NCBI GenBank assembly: GCA_965248355.1
Contig: OZ252098.1
Span: 1,696,001 to 1,760,000, forward strand
Source of the DNA: Candidatus Latescibacterota bacterium
GTDB taxonomy: Bacteria > Latescibacterota > UBA2968 > UBA8231
DNA length: 64,000 bases
Direction of reading: 5' to 3'
A model generated the notes under the pieces. That model was not told where the DNA came from. It ran no database searches and saw only the letters and a program-made list of their open reading frames with translations. Position 1 is the stretch's first letter. Each line of letters starts with the position of its first letter. Shown one piece after another: positions 21,742-29,521 of the stretch. The translations under genes were made by a program, and so were the position numbers.

Positions 21742-22962
21742 TCACCTTTTCAGCTGATCGCGGATGGCCGCCAGGCGGTCCCGGTGGGCCTCGCCATCGC
21801 GCTGCCAGGCCTCCAGGAGGAAGGCCAGCAGGGTGAGCAGCACGGCGGCGGCACCGGCGGCGGCGGCGGTCAGCAAGGTTCGACGGGGAGCGCTGCGCGT
21901 CTTCGGCGGCGTGGCCGGGTCGAGCACCTGAAGGGTGGGGGTGTCGCGGGCCTCCCGGACCTTGGCCTCCTCGAGCTGCGCCCCGAGAAAAAGCAGGACC
22001 TCCTCTCGCATCTTCACCTGCAGGGTCAGGACCGCGTACTCCTGCATCAGCTCGGGCAGGGCCTTCAGGGGCGGACCCAGAGGACTCTCGGCGGCCGCAA
22101 CGGGAGCCTGGTCCCCCAGGCGGCGGGAGAGGTCGCCCACCAGCATCTGCAGCTGACGGTCCAGCTCCTCCACCCTGATGGCGAGACCCTGGCGGTCGGC
22201 GTGGTCGGGAGCCACCTGCCGCGACAGGACGCCGAGCTCGACCTGCTTCAGCGACAGCTCGAAGGCCAGGCCCTTGGCCACGTCGATGGCGGCGGCGGTC
22301 TGGGCTTCGATGTCGACCACCCCGTGGGCGTCCTGGAACTGGCGCAGGCGGGCGGCGTCGCCCCCCAGTTCCTCCCGCGTGCTCCGCACCCTGCTTTCCA
22401 GGAACCCGCGCAGGGAGGAAGCCTGCCGCCGGCGGTACTCGCGGTTGAGGCTGTCGAGGAGGGCCGCCAGGGTGTTGGCCAGGTCCGCGGCCAGTTCCGG
22501 CGTCCGCGCCGTCGCCCTCAGGACCAGGCTGCCGTCATCGCCGAGCTCCGACTCCACCGCCTCGGACAGCCATTCGATGGCGGCCTCGCGGTGTGGCGCC
22601 CCGTAGACCTCGACGAGGTCGTGGCGGTCGACGGCCAGGCCGAGGAGCCGGCGGCTCTCCAGCAGGGTGAGGAGTCTCTCCGAGGGGATCGGCAGGCCCA
22701 GCAGACCGGCCAGCCCCAGGGGCAGGCCGCCGGATCCCGGCAGCAGGGACCGGCCGATCCCCACCGCCTCCTCCTCCGGAGGCAGCAGGCTGGTGCGCGC
22801 CGTCCAGCGCTCCGGGAGGAGCAGACTGACCCCGGCGCCGGCGATCGTGGCCGCCAGGGTGCCGGCCACCAGCAGGCGCCGCCACTTCACGAGGACGAAG
22901 AGGTAGTCGAGCAGGTCGCGCGGCTCCTGCCTCTTCGATCCGTCTTCGGTCGGGGGCTCCAT
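21742..22962 (-). CDS. Wzz/GumC-type polysaccharide chain-length determinant
   Basis: N-terminal DLLDYL..LVKWRR plus TM, coiled coil, and QVLDPATPP...PRR plus C-terminal TM. Confidence 0.82.
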   Translation of the reverse strand: MEPPTEDGSKRQEPRDLLDYLFVLVKWRRLLVAGTLAATIAGAGVSLLLPERWTARTSLLPPEEEAVGIGRSLLPGSGGLPLGLAGLLGLPIPSERLLTLLESRRLLGLAVDRHDLVEVYGAPHREAAIEWLSEAVESELGDDGSLVLRATARTPELAADLANTLAALLDSLNREYRRRQASSLRGFLESRVRSTREELGGDAARLRQFQDAHGVVDIEAQTAAAIDVAKGLAFELSLKQVELGVLSRQVAPDHADRQGLAIRVEELDRQLQMLVGDLSRRLGDQAPVAAAESPLGPPLKALPELMQEYAVLTLQVKMREEVLLFLGAQLEEAKVREARDTPTLQVLDPATPPKTRSAPRRTLLTAAAAGAAAVLLTLLAFLLEAWQRDGEAHRDRLAAIRDQLKR

Positions 22963-22965
22963 GGC

Positions 22966-24678
22966 TCAGTTTGACAGGGTCACGAACAGCAGCATCACGG
23001 TGGCCACCTGGCTGGCGACCTCGATCCCCTGGGTGAACAGCAGCCAGTAGTCGCGCGCCGGCTGCTCCTTGACCCAGATGCGGTCCCCCGGCTCGATCCC
23101 TTCCACGTCCTCCACGTCCATCCGTTCGCCGGTCCGCGCCTTGATGACCTCCACCTCCCCCGAGGCCTGCCAGCCGAAGCCGCCGGCCCGGGCGATGTAG
23201 TCGGAAACCGCGTAGTTCTCGACGTAGGGGACGGCTCCGGGATTGGCCGCCTTCCCGGAGACCAGCACGGTCCGCGGCGAGGCCGGGACGGTGATCACGT
23301 CCCCCGGACGAACGAGGATGTTCTGCGACGTTTCGCCCTCCTTGAACAGAGCCGCGAAGTCGACGACCATCTGCCCCCTCTTCTCGCGGCTCTTCATGTT
23401 GAAGTAGCTCTTCTCTTCCTTGTCCCAGGCCTCGGGGGGGATGGCCAGGATGCGCTGGAACTCCGGATCGCCCCGGTCCACCTCCTGGAGGCGGCGCACG
23501 ACGCGGGCCTCCGGCAGGGAGGCCTCCTGGGTGAACCCGCCGGCCCACTCGATGACCTGCACCAGCGACACCCCCTCCTCCCCGACGATGTAGGGACCGG
23601 GCTTGGCCACCTCGCCCGTCACGGTGGCGGTGGACTCCTGCAGGAATCCCTGACGCTTGCGCGCCACCAGCCAGTCCCCGGGCCGCAGGGCCAGGTCGGC
23701 GGCCGGATCTCCGCCCAGGGCCGCGGCCAGATCGACCTCCTGAGAGCTCTGGCGCAGCCCGTCCTCGTGGAAGCGGAACAGGAACACCCCCTTCGGATCG
23801 ACGTTGGGCGCCGGCCCCATGGACAAGGCCGCCAGGTCGCTGATCCGGTCCCCCTCCACAAACTCGAGGATCCTGGGATTGATCCAGGCCTCCAGGGTGC
23901 GCACCAGGTGCTGCATCGACGGCACGACGATGAGATCCCCGTCCTCGACGAACGGGTTGTGCCGGGACTCGCCCGTGAGCTCGTAGAAGTCGAGATCGAC
24001 CCGCCTCGACTCGATCCGGTCGAAGACCGCCAGGTCGCCGGAACGGGCCCACGCCTGCAGCTGATCGCGCCGCTCGGGCGGCAGTCCGTGGGTCCGGATC
24101 AGCCGGATGTTGCGCCTCGAGCCGTTCGACAGCAGGCCCTTCACCCTGCGGAGGACCTCCCCGACGCGAAGGACTCCGTTGGCGACGGTGACGCCGGGCT
24201 CGCGCACGAGACCGGTGACGGTGACCGGGAAGCGGCGCAACGTGCTCAGCTCCGCCGCGATCCGCCCCTCGATGAAACTGGCGCGGTAGGCGCTGTCGAT
24301 GGCGGCGCGGACCTCGCGCAGCCTGCGCGCCCCCACCTGGATGCGTCCCGTCCGCGGGATGAACAGCCCTCCCTCGGCGAGCACCCGGACCTCTACCGGC
24401 CCCTCCGCGTTGGGCATCTGCACCAGGAACCGGTCCCCCGGGCCCACGAGATACTCGCCGCTGTGCAGGACCTCCTCGTATGCGTCGAGCCCGATCAGGG
24501 GCTCGGCCGGCAGCTCCTCCGGCTCCTCGAGACGGTCCTCCACCTGCACCTCCGCCCCCTGGGCGCCGGCGGGGATGCGGATCGTCATGGCCTCCTGGCC
24601 GCGGGCCGGCCCCGAGGCGGTGAGCAACGCCGTGAGCGCCAGCCACCGGAGGATCCCCGCGCGATTGCAGCCGGTCAT
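22966..24678 (-). CDS. SLBB-domain polysaccharide export protein (Wza/KpsD-like)
   Basis: Signal peptide, YLVGPGD, and repeated VTG.V..PG / AGG / GD.I.VP units. Confidence 0.82.
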   Translation of the reverse strand: MTGCNRAGILRWLALTALLTASGPARGQEAMTIRIPAGAQGAEVQVEDRLEEPEELPAEPLIGLDAYEEVLHSGEYLVGPGDRFLVQMPNAEGPVEVRVLAEGGLFIPRTGRIQVGARRLREVRAAIDSAYRASFIEGRIAAELSTLRRFPVTVTGLVREPGVTVANGVLRVGEVLRRVKGLLSNGSRRNIRLIRTHGLPPERRDQLQAWARSGDLAVFDRIESRRVDLDFYELTGESRHNPFVEDGDLIVVPSMQHLVRTLEAWINPRILEFVEGDRISDLAALSMGPAPNVDPKGVFLFRFHEDGLRQSSQEVDLAAALGGDPAADLALRPGDWLVARKRQGFLQESTATVTGEVAKPGPYIVGEEGVSLVQVIEWAGGFTQEASLPEARVVRRLQEVDRGDPEFQRILAIPPEAWDKEEKSYFNMKSREKRGQMVVDFAALFKEGETSQNILVRPGDVITVPASPRTVLVSGKAANPGAVPYVENYAVSDYIARAGGFGWQASGEVEVIKARTGERMDVEDVEGIEPGDRIWVKEQPARDYWLLFTQGIEVASQVATVMLLFVTLSN

Positions 24679-25616
24679 CTCGTCCCTCCTGCCGCTTCCT
24701 CGGCCCGCAGGCCTTCCGTCGCCACGGCCAGACTCATGGGCCGCGACTCCACGCCCACGCCCGCCCAGGCGGCCTCCATGGCGGCTCCCACGCCCCCCTG
24801 GGCGCCGGCCGGGACGAAGGCCAGGATCGACGGCCCCGCCCCGCTGAGGGCGGCGCCGAAGGCGCCGGCGCCGACGGCCGCTCTGCGGACCTCCGCAAGC
24901 CCCGGTACCTGGCCGCTGCGATAGGGTTCGTGGAGCCTTTCGTCCTCCATGCCGGGCCCCAGCAGGTCGAGGCGGCCCGTGGCCAGGGCCGACGCGACCA
25001 GGCTGGCCCGGGCGGCGGCGTGCACCGCGTCGGCCCGGGGAACGGCGGCCGGCAGGGAGCGGCGGGCATCGGCCGTGGGCAGCTCGAACTCCGGAACGGC
25101 CACCACCACCGCCAGGCCGTCCGGCGGCTCGAAGCGCGCGCACACCAGGCCGGACCCGGGTCCGGAGACGATGGTGAACCCCCCGCGCACGCAGGGCGCG
25201 ACATTGTCGGCGTGGCCCTCCGATTCCAGGCCGTACTCGAGCAGCCAGTCCGGGTCGACCCTGCCGGCGCAGAGCATCTGCCCCGCCGCGGCGCCGGCCA
25301 CCAGGGCGGCGGCGCTGCTCCCGAGTCCGCGCGCCAGGGGGATGGCGTTCACCGAGCGCAGGCGCAGATCCGTGCCCTCGTACCCGCCCGCCCCGAGGGC
25401 GGCGCGCAGGGCTTGCACGATGGCGTTGTCCTCGCCCCTTGGCAGGATCCCGGCCCCCTCTCCCTCGAGGGTGCAGGCGATGGCCACCGGCCGGCTGCGG
25501 GACTCGAGAGGTTGCACCGTCAACTCGAGGTAGAGCCCCAGGGCGAGGCCGAAGGAGTCGAGCCCCGGTCCGAGGTTGGCGCTCGTGGCCGGCACGCGGA
25601 TGCGGATCTCGGTCAT
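24675..25616 (-). CDS. thrB: Homoserine kinase
   Basis: VPATSANLGPG, IPLARGLGSSA, EGHADN and SGAGP motifs. Confidence 0.93.
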   Translation of the reverse strand: MTEIRIRVPATSANLGPGLDSFGLALGLYLELTVQPLESRSRPVAIACTLEGEGAGILPRGEDNAIVQALRAALGAGGYEGTDLRLRSVNAIPLARGLGSSAAALVAGAAAGQMLCAGRVDPDWLLEYGLESEGHADNVAPCVRGGFTIVSGPGSGLVCARFEPPDGLAVVVAVPEFELPTADARRSLPAAVPRADAVHAAARASLVASALATGRLDLLGPGMEDERLHEPYRSGQVPGLAEVRRAAVGAGAFGAALSGAGPSILAFVPAGAQGGVGAAMEAAWAGVGVESRPMSLAVATEGLRAEEAAGGTR

Positions 25617-25625
25617 CGGTCCCCG

Positions 25626-26786
25626 TCAGGCCGCCGCGGCGCCGGCGCGGACTTCGTCGGCCACCGCCGCGGCGATGGCGTCGGCCACGGCAAAGCCGCG
25701 TTCCGTCAGCCGCAGGCGCCCGCCTTCGAGAGTCGCGTGCCCGTGGGCGCGCAGCTGGGCCCAGAGGGCGGAGGCGTCGAGCCTCCGGGCCTCCCCGGGG
25801 TCGAGCTCCACGCCGCCGCAGGTCCGCAGTCCGAGCCACAACTGGTCGCGGCGGTCGCGCCCCGAGTCCGGAGGCTCCTGGCCGGCGCAGGCCCCTCCCC
25901 GCGCCTCCATCCGCCGGAGGTAGTCGTCGAAGTCTGAGGTGTTCCAGAACCGCCGGCCCTCGAGACAGCTGTGCGCCGAAACCCCGACGCCGAGGTACTC
26001 CCCCCCCGTCCAGCCGTCCCAGTTGTGGGCGCATCGGTGTCCCGGGCGGGCGAAGTTGGAGATCTCGTAGTGCTCGTAGCCCGCGGCCACGAAGCTCTCC
26101 ACCGCGTGCAGGTAGGCCTCCTCGTCCTCGGCCTCGCCCACCTCCGGCAGATCCCCGGCGGCGCGGCGCCGGGCGAAGACGGTACCCTCCTCGACGGTGA
26201 GGGCGTAGGCCGAGAGGTGGTCCGGGGCCAGGGCGACGGCCCGGCTCACGGTGTACTCCCAGTCGTCGGCCGCGGCCCCGGGAACTCCGAAGATCAGGTC
26301 CATGCTGACGCTGTCGAAGCCGGCGCCGCGGGCGACGCCATAAGCCTGCTCGGCCTCGGCGGCCCCGTGGTCCCGGCCCAGGCGGCGCAGACTGCCGTCG
26401 CGCAGCGACTGCACGCCCAGGCTCAGCCGGCTCACGCCCACGGCCCGGAGCTCGCGGAAGTGGCCGGCCTCGGCCGTGGAGGGGTTCGCCTCGCAGGTCA
26501 CCTCCGCGCCGGCGCGCACGCCCAGATGGCGGTCGGCGCTCTCCAGGATCTTCCCCAGCAGGCGGGATCGCAGGCGGCTCGGCGTGCCGCCGCCTAAGAA
26601 CACGGTGTCGAGCCCCCCCCGGCCGGCCCGATCGGACCAGGCCTCGATCTCCTCGCACAGGCGGTCCACGTAGAGGCCCTCCTCGGCCTGCCGGCCGGTG
26701 ACCACGGCAAAGGCGCAGTACGGACAGCGCTGGGGACAGAAGGGGACGTGCACGTAGAGGCCGAAGGGCCTGCGGGCCTCCGTCAT
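25626..26786 (-). CDS. hemW: Radical SAM heme chaperone HemW
   Basis: LYVHVPFCPQRCPYC, GGGTPS, YEISNF and HN..W motifs. Confidence 0.9.
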   Translation of the reverse strand: MTEARRPFGLYVHVPFCPQRCPYCAFAVVTGRQAEEGLYVDRLCEEIEAWSDRAGRGGLDTVFLGGGTPSRLRSRLLGKILESADRHLGVRAGAEVTCEANPSTAEAGHFRELRAVGVSRLSLGVQSLRDGSLRRLGRDHGAAEAEQAYGVARGAGFDSVSMDLIFGVPGAAADDWEYTVSRAVALAPDHLSAYALTVEEGTVFARRRAAGDLPEVGEAEDEEAYLHAVESFVAAGYEHYEISNFARPGHRCAHNWDGWTGGEYLGVGVSAHSCLEGRRFWNTSDFDDYLRRMEARGGACAGQEPPDSGRDRRDQLWLGLRTCGGVELDPGEARRLDASALWAQLRAHGHATLEGGRLRLTERGFAVADAIAAAVADEVRAGAAAA

Positions 26787-27475
26787 CGCACCACCCCCCC
26801 GAGCCGGCCCCACCGCAGGCGGCCCGGCAGACTCGCCAGCCCGGAGAGGAGACGGCCCGGCTCGCCGGCGGGTTCGGCCGAGAAGTAGATGGCCAGGGGG
26901 CGGCCGATGACGTTCTCCACCGGCAGGAACCCCCACTGCCGGCTGTCACGGCTGTGATCGCGGTTGTCCCCCATGACGAACAGATGATCCGGCGGCACCC
27001 GCTCCGGCCCCAGGTTGTCCCGGCGGCTGCCGCGGGCCGGCAGGATGCGGGCGTCGAGGTGCTTCGACCGGCGGGGGTCCGGAAGCCGCTCGCCGTCGAC
27101 GAAGACCGCCTTGTCTCTCAGCTCGATGCTCTGCCCGGCCACGGCGACGCAGCGCTGCAGGTAGATCCGGTACGGTTCGTCGGGGACGCGGAAGAGCAGG
27201 ACGTCCCCCGCGGCCGGATCTCCCAGGGCGGGCAGGCGGGCCCCCACGAGGGGGATGGAGATGCCATCGGTCACCCTCTCGAAGAGCAGGTGGTCCCCCG
27301 GCAACAGCGTGTCCTCCATGCCCTGGGTGCGAACGAGGTGTCCTCCCAGGAACAGGGTGTGGACGACCAGGAAGCCGATGGCGACCACGGCCAGGGTCCA
27401 CAGACGGGACCGCCTGCGGGAGCGCGGCCGGGGAGGTCTCCGGCGCCTGGAGCTCGAGGACTTCCTCCTGGCCAT
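26783..27475 (-). CDS. lepB: Signal peptidase I homologue lacking both catalytic residues
   Basis: S26 fold motifs (M..TL.PGD, GDNRDHSRDSR.WG) and position after lepA. Box B reads TQGM and box D reads YLQR. Confidence 0.85.
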   Translation of the reverse strand: MARRKSSSSRRRRPPRPRSRRRSRLWTLAVVAIGFLVVHTLFLGGHLVRTQGMEDTLLPGDHLLFERVTDGISIPLVGARLPALGDPAAGDVLLFRVPDEPYRIYLQRCVAVAGQSIELRDKAVFVDGERLPDPRRSKHLDARILPARGSRRDNLGPERVPPDHLFVMGDNRDHSRDSRQWGFLPVENVIGRPLAIYFSAEPAGEPGRLLSGLASLPGRLRWGRLGGVVR

Positions 27476-27494
27476 CAGCCCGTCCCGGGCGCCG

Positions 27495-29297
27495 CTAGTC
27501 CTCGATCCGCAGGGCCGCCAGGAAGGCCTCCTGGGGGATCTCCACGCTGCCCACCTGCTTCATCCGCCGCTTCCCCTCCTTCTGCCGTTCCAGCAGCTTG
27601 CGCTTGCGCGTCACGTCGCCTCCGTAACACTTGGCGATCACGTTCTTGCGGAAGGGCTTCACGGTCTCCCGGGAGATGATCTTGTTGCCGATGGCCGCCT
27701 GGATGGCCACTTCGAACATCTGCCGGGGAATCAGCTCCTTGAGCTTGGAGCACAGGCGCCGGCCCCACTCGTAGGCCTTGTCGCGGTGGATGATCACCGC
27801 CAGGGCGTCGAGCAGATCACCATTGATCAGGATGTCGAGACGGACCAGGGGGCCGGCCCGCATCTCCTTGTGCTCGTAGTCGAAGGAGGCGTAGCCCCGC
27901 GATACCGACTTGAGGCGGTCGTAGAAGTCGACGACGACCTCGGCCAGGGGCAGGTCGTAGTGGAGGATGGCGCGGCTGGCGTCCAGGTACTCCGTGTTGC
28001 GGTAGGCGCCCCGGCGCTCGTTGCACACGTGCATGACCGGACCGATGTAGTCGGTGGGCACCAGCATCTGCGCCTCCAGGATGGGCTCGCGGATCTCGCA
28101 GACCTCCCCCGGGGACGGCAGGTGGGCCGGGTTGTCCACCTCCAGCAGGCTGCCGTCCGTGCGCAGAACCTCGTAGCGAACGTTCGGCAGGGTGGCGATG
28201 AGATCGATCCGGTACTCCCGGTCGATGCGCTCCTGCACGATCTCCATGTGCAGCAGACCCAGGAACCCGCAGCGGAAGCCGAAGCCCAGGGCCGGGGAAT
28301 TCTCGGGCTCGAAGGTGAAGGACGCGTCGTTGAGACGCAGGCGCTCCAGGGCGGCGCGCAGGTCGGCGTGGGCGTCGGCGTCGACCGGGAACAGGCCGGA
28401 GAACACCATCGGCTTCAGCGGCTGGTACCCCGGCAGCGGCTCCGTCTCGCCCGAGCGCTCCGCCTCCATCACCGTGTCGCCCACGCGCGCCTCCTCGAGA
28501 TCGCGCACCCCTGCGATGAGGTAGCCGACCTCGCCCGTTCCCATCTCCTCGGCGGGGACCCGTCCCAGGCGCAGGATGCCGATCTCCTCCACCTCGTACT
28601 CGCGCCCCGTGGAGTGAAAGCGCACGCGCTGTCCCCTTCTCAACGAACCGTCGACGATGCGAACGATGCAAATCACGCCGCGATAGTTGTCGTACAGCGA
28701 GTCGAAGACCAGGGCCCGGAGGGGGGCCGTCGGCGAGCCTGCGGCCGCGGGGACGCGCTCGACCACCGCCGCCAGCACCTCTTCGACCCCGATGCCCTCC
28801 TTGGCGCTGATGGGCAGGATCTCGTCGCGGTCCCCGCCGATCAGATCCTGGATCTGCTGCTCCACGGCGGCCACATCGGCGCCAGCCACGTCGATCTTGT
28901 TCACGCAGGGGATGATCGCCAGGTCGTTGCCCATGGCCAGCAGCAGGTTGCTCACCGTCTGCGCCTCGACTCCCTGGGTCGCGTCGACGACGAGAATCGC
29001 CCCCTCACAAGCGGCGAGGCTGCGGGAGACCTCGTAGGTGAAATCCACGTGCCCCGGCGTGTCGATGAGGTTGAGTTGGTACTCCCGCCCGTCGGCGGCC
29101 CGATACTGCATGCGCACGGCGTGGGCCTTGATCGTGATGCCCCGTTCGCGCTCGAGGTCCATGCTGTCGAGGACCTGGGCCTGCATCTGCTCCGCGCCCA
29201 GGGTCTTCGTCATCTCCAGGAGGCGGTCCGCGAGGGTGGACTTGCCGTGATCGATGTGGGCGATGATGCAGAAGTTACGGATGCGGGAGCGATCCAT
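27495..29297 (-). CDS. lepA: Elongation factor 4
   Basis: RNFCIIAHIDHGKSTLADR, GFRCGFLGLLH and KCYGGD motifs. Confidence 0.98.
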   Translation of the reverse strand: MDRSRIRNFCIIAHIDHGKSTLADRLLEMTKTLGAEQMQAQVLDSMDLERERGITIKAHAVRMQYRAADGREYQLNLIDTPGHVDFTYEVSRSLAACEGAILVVDATQGVEAQTVSNLLLAMGNDLAIIPCVNKIDVAGADVAAVEQQIQDLIGGDRDEILPISAKEGIGVEEVLAAVVERVPAAAGSPTAPLRALVFDSLYDNYRGVICIVRIVDGSLRRGQRVRFHSTGREYEVEEIGILRLGRVPAEEMGTGEVGYLIAGVRDLEEARVGDTVMEAERSGETEPLPGYQPLKPMVFSGLFPVDADAHADLRAALERLRLNDASFTFEPENSPALGFGFRCGFLGLLHMEIVQERIDREYRIDLIATLPNVRYEVLRTDGSLLEVDNPAHLPSPGEVCEIREPILEAQMLVPTDYIGPVMHVCNERRGAYRNTEYLDASRAILHYDLPLAEVVVDFYDRLKSVSRGYASFDYEHKEMRAGPLVRLDILINGDLLDALAVIIHRDKAYEWGRRLCSKLKELIPRQMFEVAIQAAIGNKIISRETVKPFRKNVIAKCYGGDVTRKRKLLERQKEGKRRMKQVGSVEIPQEAFLAALRIED

Positions 29298-29521
29298 GAC
29301 AGCGAGTCTACGGGTGTCCCTCGCTTCTGTCAAACCGGAGCGGCCAGACGTTCAATTCATTCTTCCACAGTGAATTAGACCCCTGAACGTCATCTGGATG
29401 TGAAGTTCGGCCCAAGGGATTGAACGCCCCGTCTGCTTGACACCCGGACGAGAACCTCTAGCTTTTTCCGTTTGCGTTGAGACCGAACATCCCCGGGTGA
29501 TCCCCGATTCCAGAGGCTGTC

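Noticed and set aside
22966..26949. 1327-aa ORF and similar apparent fusions (11229-13388, 8883-10946, 15099-16919)
   Set aside because: The N-terminal parts are Arg/Pro/Gly-rich off-frame readings of upstream genes; true starts are internal.
29361..29369. DnaA box / replication origin
   Set aside because: A single imperfect match with no box cluster, unwinding element or dnaA nearby.
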